A DNA stretch of 64,000 bases from Eledone cirrhosa (taxonomy: Eukaryota), in assembly GCA_964016885.1 (NCBI GenBank), contig OZ024741.1:165974001-166038000 (forward strand), given 5' to 3'. The translations under genes were made by a program, and so were the position numbers. Positions 41,722 to 56,282 of the stretch are shown here, one piece after another (within the stretch, counting starts at the first letter, position 1; every line of letters starts with the position of its first letter). The notes under the pieces were generated by a model that was not told where the DNA came from, ran no database searches, and was given only the letters and a program-made list of their open reading frames with translations.

Positions 41722-42532
41722 ATATATATATAAACTTAAGAAAATAACAAAAAGAGGGAAAGTCAATGAACGAAAAGCAATTTTTTAAGAGGAAACCTAA
41801 AAAAAAAACTATTAAAAATTAAAAATACAAACAAAGAACACAGAACTCCATGGTCATCAACCGTTCAGGTGGACTTTGCCAGTTTCGACCCCTACCAACG
41901 GTACTGCTGGCCCACCCCGAGGTCACAGCGTCTGACGCAAGCCAAACGCTGTTCAGAGAGACGAGGGACAAAAATGTGTGTGTGTGTCTCTGTGTGTGTG
42001 TGTGTATATATATGTGTGTATGTGTGTATGTGTGTGTGTGTAATTTATAAATGCATTTAGTTTTGTCTTTGACGGTTCTACGTTCAAATCTTGTTCCATA
42101 TTCATCAGTCGGTTACCTTTAACTCAATTCCCCACCCCTTCTATTAATGGTTTAGTTACCATATTTCTAATGAAAGGTGCGGGCTATAACTTTCAAATAA
42201 TTTTGAAAATATTCTAGAATTTGAATGGATTTAGTAATATAACTAACTTTCTAACTATTAAACTTGTATTTGGAACATAACTCAACTAAGTTTTTTACAT
42301 AAAATCATAATGGATGATTTTTTAGATAAATATAAACACCTTAAAACAAATGATACAGTTTTGTATCATAGAACCAAGGGGAGTTTCAGGGATTTGATAT
42401 CAAAATGGATGACGTATCAGTAACATGCTGTCGAAGATTCAACCAACTGTGTCTTTTAGTTAAAAGTCATACCAGCAATACACTGTAAAATAGTCAACCA
42501 ACAGTGTCCTTTACTTAAACTAGGATTTTTTT

Positions 42533-42985
42533 CAAGTAGAAAGACCAGGTACCTCCGTAAAAACACTTATTAGCAAGACATACCCTTTTCAAAGACCCCC
42601 ATGTATAGATAAGAAATGTATAACCTGTAAAATAAGCCCCCATATTAACTGTAAAACTAGAAATGTAGTGTATAGCATAAGATGTACTGAAGGACAATGT
42701 AGAGACAAAAATATAGTGTACATAGGTGAGACAGCTCGTAGTGTAGGGGAACGGATAAATGAACACTGGCGAGACCTTCAAGATAGTAAAGAATCATCTG
42801 TACTCTACCAACATGCTAAAATAGAACACAAGGGTAAATTAGAGAACATAGAAATAAAAATAGAATCTACACACAGAAAAGACGCAATGTTTAGACAAAT
42901 CACAGAGGCAATAAACATAAAAGAATTACAATCAAAATTAAATAGAAAATATGAGTGGAACAGCAACATCACAACTTACAATTAA
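42533..42985 (+). pseudogene. Penelope-like element GIY-YIG endonuclease with Cys-rich linker (5'-truncated)
   Basis: Frame is open upstream of the listed ORF: PCIDKKCITC...NCKTRNVVYSIRC...YIGETARSVGERINEH...RQITEAINI...LNRKYE. Confidence 0.9.
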
Positions 42986-43185
42986 GGACAAAATGAAAAC
43001 ACACACACACATAGAACAAACAACCAACCAGTAACATGTAAATAAACAAATAAATAAATGAACATAAACACACACAGACACCCGGATGTGGCGCATGCGC
43101 AGACTGAGCACACAACACACACACAGAAACAAAATGGCGTAGGACAGAACAAAGGAGAGGCACAAAAACAAAGAAAGGAATCCCC

Positions 43186-43230
43186 AGTCACTGAAGAGGT
43201 CACATAGTGTGTGACGAAAGAACTATGACT
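43186..43230 (+). ncRNA. Type I hammerhead ribozyme in the PLE 3' region
   Basis: AGTCA CTGAAGA G GTCACA tagtg TGTGAC GAAAG aa CTA TGACT: stems I and II perfect; predicted cut after 43225. Confidence 0.88.
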
Positions 43231-43445
43231 ATATATAAACACCTATCTGGTTGTGGAACCAACCAACCAGAAATTTATAAATTTATAAATTTATTATAAA
43301 TTTATTATAATAAATTGAAGTGAAAGCAACTGGTGCGTATGTTTCTTATTGGCAACATGACCCTCCCAAAGTATAACAATATCGGTTTCAACACACGATT
43401 TCAGATAAAGAATCTTGCTAAACAAATTCAGAAACGAAATATATA

Positions 43446-43510
<65 letters not shown>

Positions 43511-43560
43511 TTCAAGAGTAACTTCCTTGTGAAATTTGTGGTCTTGCTTTGCTTAACTAA

Positions 43561-43631
<71 letters not shown>

Positions 43632-43633
<2 letters not shown>

Positions 43634-43908
43634 GGGTGTGTATGATTGTGTATAGAAGATTATATTAATAAAAGGAATTCCAACTTTGTCTGATTTACTC
43701 GTTTTATTTACAATCCTTTAAAATTATAAAGATATTTTATTGAAATAGTATGGTAGAATATTAAATGTTAAATTTTAATTAAACAAGTACTTTCATGCTT
43801 TCGCAATCTTTAATATTCTACCATACTATTTCATTAAAATATTATAATTTTAAAGGATTGTAAATAAAACGAGTAAATCAGACAAAGTTGGAATTCCTTT
43901 TATTAATA
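43632..43908. mobile_element. Fold-back element (~100-bp arms), same family as 61370-61830
   Basis: Arms 43663-43765 and 43809-43908. The loop holds a truncated hammerhead on the minus strand. Confidence 0.87.
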
Positions 43909-43920
43909 CACACACACACG

Positions 43921-44071
<151 letters not shown>

Positions 44072-44299
44072 TATGTAACATATTTTGTCAGATAAATCTC
44101 ACTCTATCTCTCCTGACTTGCAGGCGTCAATGTAAATTTTGACAGAAGCAATCTTGTAAATTCTGTATTCTTTTTTTTAGTGTTCTGATAATTCTTCACA
44201 TGTAGTGTGTAATCCAGTCAAAATAGAAGTGGTTAGCAATTTGTCTAGCAAGTATTTTGTGTTATTATTTACTTAGTGGCCCCGTGCCGTTAAAATAAT

Positions 44300-44482
44300 T
44301 GTTTCTACCTTTTGGCCCAAGGCCAGCAATTATAGCAGTGAATTACTGGTATATTATTTTATCGACCCCGTAAGGATGAAAGGCAAAGATAACCTCGGCA
44401 AGATTTGAACTCAGACCGTAAAGGGACGTAACTCTATGCCGCAAAGCATGGAGTCCGACACTCTACTGATACTGCCAATCGA
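44300..44482 (-). mobile_element. tRNA-derived SINE
   Basis: Family sequence; AAATAAT duplicated. Confidence 0.9.
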
Positions 44483-44545
44483 CCAAATAATGACGGCAAT
44501 AGCGTTGAATGTATTTAATCTCTGGAGCCTGGAATTGGTATATCA

Positions 44546-45055
44546 TCATTATCTATAAAAGGCAGATTGTTGTTGTTGTGTGTGTGTGCATGTTCCATGT
44601 TTATACATTTGCACAATTTCAAACCGATTCGACTCAAAGTCTGTAAGAATGTTGTAAATGGTCTAACTTAGGCAACGATTATTTATTTCATTCAAACTCA
44701 CACACAATTACGGAAACAATCGATAAAACTAAATACATGACGCTTTACCCCTCTAATACAATCAGATACCTCTCTCTACTCCCCTTCATCAGAGAAAGTT
44801 GCAGCTTGTATGTAGTTTTATCGAATTTTGAGGGGAGTAATTGTGGGTGAGTTTGAATGAAATAAATAGTCGTTGAGCTAAGTTGGACCATTTACAACAT
44901 TCTTACACACTTTGAGTCGAATCGGTTTGAAATTGTGCAAATGTATAAAGATGGAACATGCACACACACACACACACACAACAACAACAACAATCTGCCT
45001 TTTATAGATAATGATGATGATTAAACTTACAAACCTCAAGAGAGAGAGAGTGAGA

Positions 45056-45115
<60 letters not shown>

Positions 45116-46085
45116 GGAGAGAGAGAGAGAGAGAGAACGTTTGTTTTTGAGTGTGGAACGGTCAAACATTTATTTACTTCAATGACAAAGAGAACTTATT
45201 ACATTTCATACGAAACAACAATTATTCAAAACCAACAGATAAATTTATTCAACAACAAAAAAAATACCGATAAATCTTTTTTAAAACATCTATCAACGAA
45301 CGTGGAAGAAAGAAGTATCAGTTCATTTACTATACACAATAATATCCTCTATGAGGTCACTAAACCTGCTAGAAACAGCAGCTACCTCTCCCCCATATCA
45401 CACCCCTCCCTACTGTCTTAAATTTAGAAAACATATCCTCTATGAGGTCACTAAACCTGCTAGAAACAGCAGCTAACTCTCCCCCATATTCAAAAGCACA
45501 GATATATTTATTCAACAACAACAAAAATAGCGATAAATCTTTTTTAAAACATCTATCAACGAACGTGGGAGAAAGAAGTATCAGTTCATTTACTATACAC
45601 AATAATATCCTCTATGTGGTCACTAAACCTGCTAGAAACAGCAGCTAACTCTCCCCCATATCACACCACTCCCTACTGTCTTAAATTTAGAAAACATATC
45701 CTCTATGAGGTCACTAAACCTGTTAGAAACAGCAGCTAACTCTCCCCCATATCACATCCCTCTCTACTGTCTTAAATTTAGAAAACACACATTAGACAAC
45801 CATGCAGAACAACTCCATCGCAGCTCGGTTGTTCGGCTGGCATCGTCTACGCGCGTGTTGCGCAAGTACTGTGAAACAATATATTTTAACACTTCTTTGC
45901 ACAGAGATAATATCCATAGGCGAAACTACAATTGTCACTGCTGACGCAGCTCCTGCTTCGGCAGTCCAGGTCTGCAATTCATTCACCCAGTGCCTGGCAG
46001 ACAAAAAAGTGCTGCCATAAAATGGGTGGTGCAACCTAACTTTGGTAACTTACTGACCCCGAGCAACGCCGGGCTTTAATGCTAG
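44546..46085 (+). mobile_element. Non-autonomous Helitron (same family as 32035) with internal inverted and tandem duplications
   Basis: A^TCATTATCTATAAAAGG...CCCGAGCAACGCCGGG...CTAG^T. Confidence 0.9.
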
Positions 46086-47081
46086 TTCATACTAAGATTA
46101 CTAGATATATGAACGATCGTACGAACTGGGAATTTTACGTTTTGATAAATTTATGGTTTACATAAGAGACCCTATAGTTTATGTTGATTAGTGACACGGG
46201 GAAGTGATTAAAAATAAGAGTGAAACGTTTATAATTAATTTCTAGGATATAATTACGTAAATGTTCAATATATATGTACAAATGACATACAGGATTAAAT
46301 GTTTGAGTAACTTTGTAGAAATAACAATTCATGGGGACGAATGTAGGGTTAGAAGCCAGGACCTTGCCATGTGAAAGCAAAATTCGTATTGTAGCAATAT
46401 TACTGAGATAGGAAATGCCTTATGCGTATGTTTTCTTAATTGTTAAACAGTACAGTATGAATGTAAATATTAAAGAGTTACAGACACACGCACACATAAC
46501 CCCCCACCCTCACACACATGCACCCACGCACAAAAACATACCCCCCCCCCCACACACACACACATACACATTATATATGTATGTATATATGGTATGGTAT
46601 GGTATGGCATGATCCCGCAACTCCTGATAGAGTTGTAGGGGCGCGGTATTGACATACGGCGCTTGTTGGGTATTTTAAGCCTGGCGGAGCCCATCCCTTC
46701 TCCAGACCTGAGTACAGCAGATTTCTTCCAGAGAGAGAGGAAGAATTGACCCCAGTGCTAGACTGATACATTTTTTTATCGACCTCGAAAGGATGAAAGG
46801 CAAAGTTGACCTCGGCGGGATTTGAACTTAGAGAGCAGAGACGCCTTCTTTATTCTGTCCGACGGGGCTGTGGGGCGGCCAGCGTGTGGGACCCCATTAG
46901 CTCATAATAGTGAGAGATAAGGAGGGTGAGAGAGATGGAGGCAGTGACAGTAGGAGTTCGGTGCCTCTGTATTCGGACTTGGTCTACATGTATGTGTATC
47001 TTTATTTCTATTCATTCGACACGATTAATCATTCTGTCCAACGTTATAACTACTCTGCCAATTCGTCGCCTTATGCATATA

Positions 47082-47798
<717 letters not shown>

Positions 47799-47889
47799 TA
47801 AATATATATTTATACAAGTACACTTGACATATTGATATGGTTGATTAAGGAGACATAGATCCACTGAGATCGCTGATAAATTATATTCG

Positions 47890-48130
47890 AGTTCTATTTC
47901 AGCCAAAGTCAACTTTGCATTTCATCCTTTTGAGGTCGATAAAATAATTATTTCTATTTTTGACACAAGACCAACAATTATCCAAGTGCATTACTGGTAC
48001 TCTATTTTATCGACCCCGTAAGGATGAAAGGCAAAGTTAACATCGGTCGATTAAATAATGTACCAGTCAATGACAAGGTATTGGCAGAGTTGCTAGAGCA
48101 TCAGACGAGATGCCTTGTGGTATTTGTTCG
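47890..48130. mobile_element. Nested SINE fragments in both orientations
   Basis: A plus-strand core is interrupted by a minus-strand tail at about 47945-48046. Confidence 0.7.
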
Positions 48131-49004
48131 AAATCCTGCCGTGGGCCTCCTTGGTTGGTAGAAGTAATCTGTCGCCCACCACCTGAGCCTTTGGTGTCTT
48201 TAATAGATGACCATTCTCTTACAAGCATTCGTGCCAGATCTCTGGCTTCAGTTTCAGGATACATTCCCTCATACTCGTCAGTCGTGGAGGTTCTAAAGAA
48301 GCCCATACACACTCGCTGTCCCTCTCTGAACACGAGGTAAGAAAATATTATAGTCGTAATTCAATCAGGAAAAATCGTTGTGAATCATACCCAGCGTGAT
48401 ATAAATCGAGTGGAAATTATCAGGAAATTATTTTAGTAACACGACACAGGAATATTTAGATGAAAAAAACATTCTTCGGTGATGGCAGAGTATAAAATGC
48501 ATTTATGTATGTATGTATGTATGTATGTATGTATATATACAGACATATATATATAAATATATATAAACATATATATATATATATATATGTTTATATATAT
48601 TTATATATAGGTATGTATATATATATAATACATACATACATACATACATACATACATACAGACATACATACATACATACATACATACATACATACATACA
48701 TACATACATACATACATACATGCATTTTATTAATTCCATGCGCTTCTTTTCCCGATTCAAAAATATGTGGTTCTACGTTTTAAATAGTTCAGTTATATTA
48801 AGGTATGTGTATGTATGTATATATGCATGTATAAAGTATGGATGTATGTATATATGTATGTATAAAGTATGTATGTATATTCCTCTGGTTTCATTTTTAA
48901 AAATAATTTTTTACCAATAAAAAGAGAGCTGGTTCTAACATATACGTACGACTCTTTCATTGGAATTTAGACATCAACTAGGTAAATATGTCTGCATGCC
49001 TGAA

Positions 49005-49050
<46 letters not shown>

Positions 49051-49181
49051 TGTGTGTGTGTGTGAGTGTGTGTGTGTGTGTGTGCAGTTACGGATGTTAT
49101 TGTATGTGTGGATTTGTATAGTTTGAGTTATATGTGTACACGTGCATATGTTTTGTAACTATACATGTGTATATGAAGTTA

Positions 49182-49300
49182 TTACATCCTGAATCTTTGG
49201 AATGTTTTACATATTTTTACAGTTCCATCAATGGATTGTACTTGTAATTTTCTAACTAGTTGTGTTCTTTCTGGTTCTGCGAAGCCCAGCTTCTCAAGAT
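49182..49300 (-). pseudogene. Extreme 3' fragment of a second R4-like LINE
   Basis: KLGFAEPERTQLVRKLQ...GTVKICKTFQRF aligns with ELGFADKERSSLIHSLQ...GTFKICKTFLRF at 27638. Confidence 0.8.
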
Positions 49301-49384
49301 TTGTATGTTTATATGTATGTATGTAATGTATGTATGTATGTATGTATGTATGTATGTATGTATGTATGTATGTATGTATGTGTG

Positions 49385-49740
49385 GAACACTCTGATATAA
49401 CACCTGCAACCCTGATGGTATCCAATGATGTTGACTTGTTCTTCTTTTTGGTAAATATCATCTTGGTTAAGAGAGTGGGACTGGCTTTGTGCAGTACCTT
49501 TGCTAACTATAAAAGCTTCACGGCACAGGCATTGCTTTATATCTGGAGATCTCTCTGCACTTGTCATCACATGGTACCATGGGCCCAGCACTATGTGTCA
49601 ATAATTGTCACAAGTGTAATGTTTGTTTTCAAGTCGCTGGCTGGACTAAAAAGTCACACTCGTTCAGCGCATTGGTAGGGGTTCTCCTACATGGGTATAA
49701 AGTAGTGGCCGTACTCGAAAACGAGTTGGCAGCCACCATG
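49385..49740 (+). mobile_element. 5'-truncated RTE-derived element in (TATG)n
   Basis: Reverse complement of 16496-16855. Confidence 0.85.
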
Positions 49741-49759
49741 TATGTATGTATGTGTGAGA

Positions 49760-50046
49760 GCGCATGGCTTAGTGGTTAGAGCGATATTGGGAGTTCGATT
49801 CTCAGACCGGGCTTTGCGTTGTGTTCCTCAGCAAGACACTTTGTTCCTCGTCGTCACTGGTGCCAAGCTGTATCAGCCATTGCCTTTCCCTTGGACAACA
49901 TCAATGGCGTGGAGAGGGGAGACTGGTACGCATGGGTGACTGCTGGTCTTCCGCAAACAACCTTGCCCGGACTTGTGCCGTGGAAGGGAACTTTTATAGG
50001 TGAAAATCCCATGGTCATTCGTGATTGAAGGGGGTCTTTACCCCCC
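49760..50046 (+). mobile_element. CORE-type SINE
   Basis: TGGCTTAGTGG A box, GAGTTCGATTCTC B box and CAGCAAGACACTT motif. Confidence 0.75.
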
Positions 50047-50247
50047 TTTTTAAATGTATGTATGTATGTAAGTATGTATGTAAGTATGTATGTATGTAAG
50101 TGTATGCGCGTGTGTGCTTTCCATAAGTTGATATTGAAAATTAACCTTCAAGTGATAAATATTTGTTAAGACTTAGCAAAGTTGGAGTAAATGTGAGTGC
50201 GTATATATATATATATATATATATATGTACATATATGTATATATATT

Positions 50248-50317
<70 letters not shown>

Positions 50318-50331
50318 TATATGTATATATA

Positions 50332-50362
<31 letters not shown>

Positions 50363-50570
50363 GTACATATATGCATATATATGTGTGTGTGTATATATAT
50401 ATATATATGTGAATGTGTGTGTATGTGTGTGTGTGTGTGTGTGTGCACGCGTGTGTGTATGTGTGTGTGTGTGTGAATGTGTGTGTGCGTTTGCGTGTGT
50501 ATGTGAGTGTCTACGTAGACATGTATATATATATATATATATATATATATTCATTACACACAGACACACT

Positions 50571-50604
<34 letters not shown>

Positions 50605-51694
50605 AAGAGAGAGAGTGAGAGAGAGAGTGAGGAAGAATAGAGAAAGAATTATGTATAGATTATATGAAACTAATAAATAAAATTCAGTGTCTATCTCTTA
50701 GCAGCATATTGTAAATATTCTCTTCTATTCTCAATCCTTGATTTTTGCAATGTCTGTGACTTGAAGTTTATTGAAATTCTTTGAAATTCCTTTTTTCTGT
50801 AGTCGAATATATTCATATTACAATAGGCATGAGATAATTGGATTTCATTGACGATTATTCATTATTTTAAAAGGAAGCGAAAAGAAAATGTGATTCATTT
50901 GTTCGTTAAATATATACGAAATGGAAGGACATTTAAAATGGCGGCTGATGAAATTATGAAAATTTATTAGTGTCTCTTACCTTTGGAGAAATATAGTTTT
51001 GACGCATACAAGCAATTAACGCTTACACCTACTCTTAACTAAAGTTGCCGAAGCATTTAAATTATAAGAATCACAAGGAGAATATAATTGTTTAAACCTT
51101 TTGTAATATGGTTCATAATGAATTATAGGGTATTTTAATTAATTAATGAAGAATGTTTTTCTCGACAGAACTGTTCTGCTAGAAAACAGGTCGCAGGTTG
51201 TGGGTAGCGATACGGGCACCAGATATGATAGTTGTGATCTAATTGGGCTCCTGCCGGACGAATAAGCGAACCCGGGCTAACACGGGTAAACAAATAAGGG
51301 AGATGGAACAAGGGGTTACATATTCAGCTCCCAAGAAAACTCACAGAATCCAGTGATGTAATTGCGATGAGGAAAGTAAAGGCCGCCTCTCAAAAACCTA
51401 GTCTTCGTGGGTCTGAGAAAAGTAGCAGATCGGTGACTTGCAAGAACAACACCACCAAGACAATATAGTTAGAGGCAACAAAAACAATCAGACCATATCG
51501 TCCTTCGCGGTGGTTAACTAGGGGTGCATGCAGGCCTTAACTAAAGGGCCCTGTACGAAAATTATATTGCAGTGTGTAATATATTTGCATGCTGCAAGAA
51601 CTTGATATGGGCTTGTGACCTGTCCCAGGAGGCGTGGGATCGACACACAAAGGTTGCGTATTCCGAGACCCCAAAGAGCGTTTGGAAGGGAGCA

Positions 51695-52221
51695 AACGGT
51701 AACAGTTGGAGCCTGGAACATCACAGCTCTTACAGGAAAGGAGCAGAGACTATCGAAGAAGACCAGATGCTACCGGCTAGATACAATCAGTCGAAGTTTC
51801 CTCAACAACATTCCGTAGCTCTGGTACTGTATGTAGAATTTGATGGAGGATGGAAACTCCACTATTCAGGTATGGTGCCAGAAAGGGCTGCACAAGCGGG
51901 AGTAGGGATACTCACAAGCCCCTGGCTGTCAGAATGTATTATGGACTGAATCCTAGCAAGATGGAGGATTTACTTCTTGAAGATTAGGCTGAAAGATAGG
52001 TCTCTAGTGGTGGTGCAAGTTTATGCACCAAACACAAAGTCTGAATAAAGATCCTTCCTTGATAAAGTCACTGAGCGTTAGATGCAGTCAAGACTGAGTC
52101 ATATACCCAATCGGGGGACTTCAATGTACGTGTTGGCACTGACCACCTGACATGGAAAGGAGTGATTGGAAGGTGTGGTGATACCGATCTAAATGCGAAT
52201 GGAGAGGCCTTATTAGACTGC
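51695..52221 (+). pseudogene. RTE-clade LINE apurinic-like endonuclease, decayed
   Basis: VGAWNI, QAGVGIL, VQVYAPN, GDFNVRVG and NANGEALL, with stops and frameshifts. Confidence 0.88.
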
Positions 52222-52381
52222 ACTAAAATTATTGTCTTCTTATCACGATGGCACTTGTATTCAGAAAGATGTTCGTTTAAAAATTTATCTTAATTTTATT
52301 TCTGAGAATCTAGTGAATATCACATATCAGCAGAATTAATTTTAACAACTAGCAGTAACAATACATCTAGTAACATATAAT

Positions 52382-52565
52382 TGTTTCTACTTTAGGCACA
52401 AGGCCAGCAAATACCCAGTTCATTACTGGTACTTTATTTTATCGACCCCGTAAGGATGAAAGGCAAAGTCAACCTCGGCGGGATTTGAACTCAGATCGTA
52501 AAGGGACGTAACTATGCTGGAAAGCATGGCGTCCGACCCTCTACCGATACTGCCAATCCACCCCC
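52382..52565 (-). mobile_element. tRNA-derived SINE, young copy
   Basis: 18-bp TSD CATCTAGTAACATATAAT at 52364-52381 and 52566-52583. Confidence 0.94.
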
Positions 52566-52862
52566 CATCTAGTAACATATAATACTATATTCTAGCACAG
52601 TTTAATCTTTTCCTAGTATCTGTGATACAGTTTTAAAAATAGATAGCTGATATAATAGTAACAATTATATATCTATTAAATAAATTGCTATATGATAGAT
52701 ATGACAGTATGAATGATGTCATATTTTTCATAATATAGACATAGCATTATCTATGATTCCACATCTATCATATTAAAAATGTTTGTCAATAATCTTTCAT
52801 TTTCCTAACGTTAGGAAAATGAAGACACATAGACAAATGTCATTAAGATTACGTCGGACTAT

Positions 52863-53055
52863 AAGGATTGACAGTATCGGTAAAGAGTCGGACAACATGC
52901 TTTGAAGCACAGAGTTATGGCCCTTTACGGTCTGAGTTCAAATTCCGCCGAGGTTATCTTTGTCTTTCATCCTTACGAGGTCGATAAAATAAAGCACCAG
53001 TAACGCACTGGGGTCGATTATATCGACCCCCCTTCCCCCCGCCAAATTACTGAAA
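52863..53055 (+). mobile_element. tRNA-derived SINE
   Basis: TSD TCATTAARATTACGTCGGACTAT at 52840-52862 and 53056-53078. Confidence 0.9.
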
Positions 53056-53483
53056 TCATTAAAATTACGTCGGACTATTTCCATAACGGATTACTGTTAT
53101 AGTTGTCGCAGTATCGCCAAAAAGTTTGTCGTTTGTCATAAACTAGGGTCAATCCAAGCCTTGTGAGTAAAATTGAATAGGCGGGAACTGAATGGAAGCC
53201 CATCGGCGGACTGTAACTGTAATTCAGTGGTGAGTCTTGTCACAAACTCCGTGTCATGAAGGGGTAGACCTGCCTATGGAATACTCAATCACATATACTT
53301 TAATATATTGAATTGCTGGCCTTGTGCCAAAAGTAAAAACAATTATTTATTCAAAGTAATCCAACTTATTTTACTAATAGGATAAAAAAAAATATAAACA
53401 GGACATAAAAACAATTTGTCTTGTTTACCGTATATCCACAAACTGATTGATGATTTAACCGAATTCCAAGTGTTTACCAATGT

Positions 53484-53680
53484 TTCCGAACACGGAAGAG
53501 CTGAACTCCCACTGTCATCGCATCCATCCCTCTCACCCTCCCCATCTCTCTGTAATATGAGCAAATGCAGTCCCACGTGCTCGCTGCCCCACAGCCTCGG
53601 CGGACAGAATGGAGAAGGCGTTTCCCCGGAGGATGGTAAGGGAGATACGCTGGAAGAGCCATTCCATCTCGCGAGGCTCA
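53484..53680 (-). mobile_element. CRE-like 3' end fragment plus UTR
   Basis: EPREMEWLFQRISLTILRGNAFSILSA on the minus strand. Confidence 0.75.
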
Positions 53681-54377
53681 CATATTGCCATTTGAATTAC
53701 TGCCTTTGTTTAAAAGTAAAGGCCACCTGTTTTATTTTTCTGGGGACCCAGCCATTATATATATATATATATATATTTATATAAGAAATGTTGATCCCCA
53801 AAAGACAGTCCGACTCTTCGCTTTATCAGACAGATTTTTGCTTTTTTTCAAGCTGGCAAAGCAGTTCTGCTCAATGTGGTCGGCTGTTCTGGCGAAGCAT
53901 AGCGGCTTCAATCAAGGTAAATAGAATTCACTACGTTTAAATTCTACATTCACACACATAATCCAATCAACTTAACGCACCACACTTATGCGTGTACATG
54001 TTTCTGTTGTTCTACTGCACATGATTTGGGAGTAAATCATGCAACCAATAAAAACATATAAAAATTAACGCTGTCTTATTCATATATAAATTCCTATCAA
54101 TAAAATTGGGAAAAATTATCTTCCCTGTGGCAATATCACATCACCATAACAAGCCATACAATTACTGGTTTGATCAACCATGGTAAGGTTTTACAGTAAC
54201 AATTCCCTTGACTCACTGAAACAACTTTACTCATTGGCCATGGACTCAACAAACAAACCACTTATTCAACTTCATCAACTCATCTCACAACTCCTACTAC
54301 AATACCACAAATGAATCCAGCAATCAAACAAGTAAACAAACCAGACTCTCAAAATCAGTCTCACGCACGCAATATAT

Positions 54378-54478
<101 letters not shown>

Positions 54479-54631
54479 ATATGTATATAGAAAGAGAGGT
54501 ATGAACTCAACCGCGACGCCAAGCGGTTTCCTTGTCGTGGTCGGCTTCATACCTCTTTCTATACCCATTGTGCATCCTCTCATCGACTGAGTAGTCCCAG
54601 GATTTGTAGTCTCTCCGGCCTTAGCACCGTA

Positions 54632-54685
<54 letters not shown>

Positions 54686-54905
54686 TATATATATATATAT
54701 ACATATATATAACAAAGAGGGTGGGGTAAGATACCAGGTGGACCATAACGCACCAGAGTACTTGATACTTAAGGTAGTAGAGTGGGTAATATTATAAGAG
54801 TCAGGACTCCGACGGCTGAGCTCCAGCCGTTTCGACAGCTAGATTCGAACAATTCGGAACTAACTGTCGAAACAGCCGGAGCTCAGCCGACGGAGTTCTG
54901 AGATT

Positions 54906-54932
<27 letters not shown>

Positions 54933-54940
<8 letters not shown>

Positions 54941-55446
54941 TAAACCGAAAAGAAAATGGTGACAAATTGTTCCCAGTGAAAAATAGTTTAATTAGGAATA
55001 AGTAAAAATTAGTAATAGTATTGGTTAGTATTCAGTTTTAGTTTTAAGTTTTACCGGTTGTGCATTTCTAATGCTTTTCAAAAATAATTTTGAGATAGAG
55101 CGTCCGTGATGTTTGCTCTGATCTGATTAGTTTTGGAAATTCTACCTGTTTTATGTGAAAAAAGTGGTTCCAGATGTATTAAAATATGTTTCGCGCTAAT
55201 TCGTGTTGCAAAAATTCTTGTGGTCAAAACAATTTTGATTGGTCGGTAGAGGTCATGTGAATGTTAAAAATTGATTTTGCGCCAAATGTAGGTTTGTGTC
55301 GGCTGATTGAGAAGTCACTGAAAAATAAGTCTTTCAAAACAAATATGTGTGTGTAGTAGTAGTAAAGAGGTTCGTTGTTGTGATAATGGTCAGCAGGGAT
55401 GTGTGTGCGAACCGCAGCCTGTTGACAGTTCAAATGCCTATTAAGA

Positions 55447-55541
<95 letters not shown>

Positions 55542-55974
55542 CAGAGTAATTCGTGGTAGAAGGATGGTCAGTAGGAATGTGTCTGTACGTGTGTGGGGGA
55601 TATTTTAACATGTTAAAAGGTATTTTTCAGCTCTTGCCTTATACGGAGAAGTGTGTGTGTGTGTGTGTGTGTGTGTATGTCTCTTTGTATGTTAATGTAC
55701 GCGTGTGTATGTGCGAAACTTATTTTAATACATCTGGAACCACTTTTTTCACATAAAACATGTAGAATTTCCAAAACTAATCAGATTAGGGCAAACATCA
55801 CGGGCGCTCTATCTCAAAATTATTTTTGAAAAGCATTAAAAATGCGCAACTGGTAAAACTTAAAACTAAAACTGAATACTAACCAATACTATTACTAATT
55901 TTTACTTATTCCTAATTAAACTATTTTTCACTGGGAACAATTTGTCAGCATTTTCTTTTCCGTTTACCAATATA
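54933..55974. mobile_element. Element with ~260-bp terminal inverted repeats beside (TA)n
   Basis: Arms 54933-55194 and 55713-55974. Confidence 0.85.
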
Positions 55975-56200
55975 TCATAACTCGTGTGTTACACCTCTAT
56001 TCTCTTATATATATATATATATATATATATAAAGAATTAATATCTAGTAACATATATATACATACAGATGCATATCAATGCTAGCAAATATATAGGTTTT
56101 GTCTTAGTAACATTGTGGTTCAATGCATGGGGTTGCAGAACAATAATATGAGAGACGTAAAATAAGAAAATTATAAAATTAACTTACTTACTAAAATATC

Positions 56201-56282
56201 ACTTCCAACTAATTAGTTTCTGGAATGGAGTAAATATATTTTCCGAAGAAGATATTGAGAAACATTCCGTCGTCAGGGAAGT
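56201..56282 (-). ncRNA. Type I hammerhead ribozyme with long loop II
   Basis: ACTTCC CTGACGA C GGAATG...CATTCC A GAAAC TAATTA GTT GGAAGT; palindromic stem III AACTAATTAGTT. Confidence 0.82.

Noticed and set aside
41855-41930. Possible hammerhead (GGTCGAAAC...GTC, minus strand)
   Set aside because: No complete CUGANGA in a compatible position.
48240-48285. CTGACGA...GAAAC on the minus strand
   Set aside because: There is a 6-nt insertion after the core, GCC in place of NUH, and no stem I.
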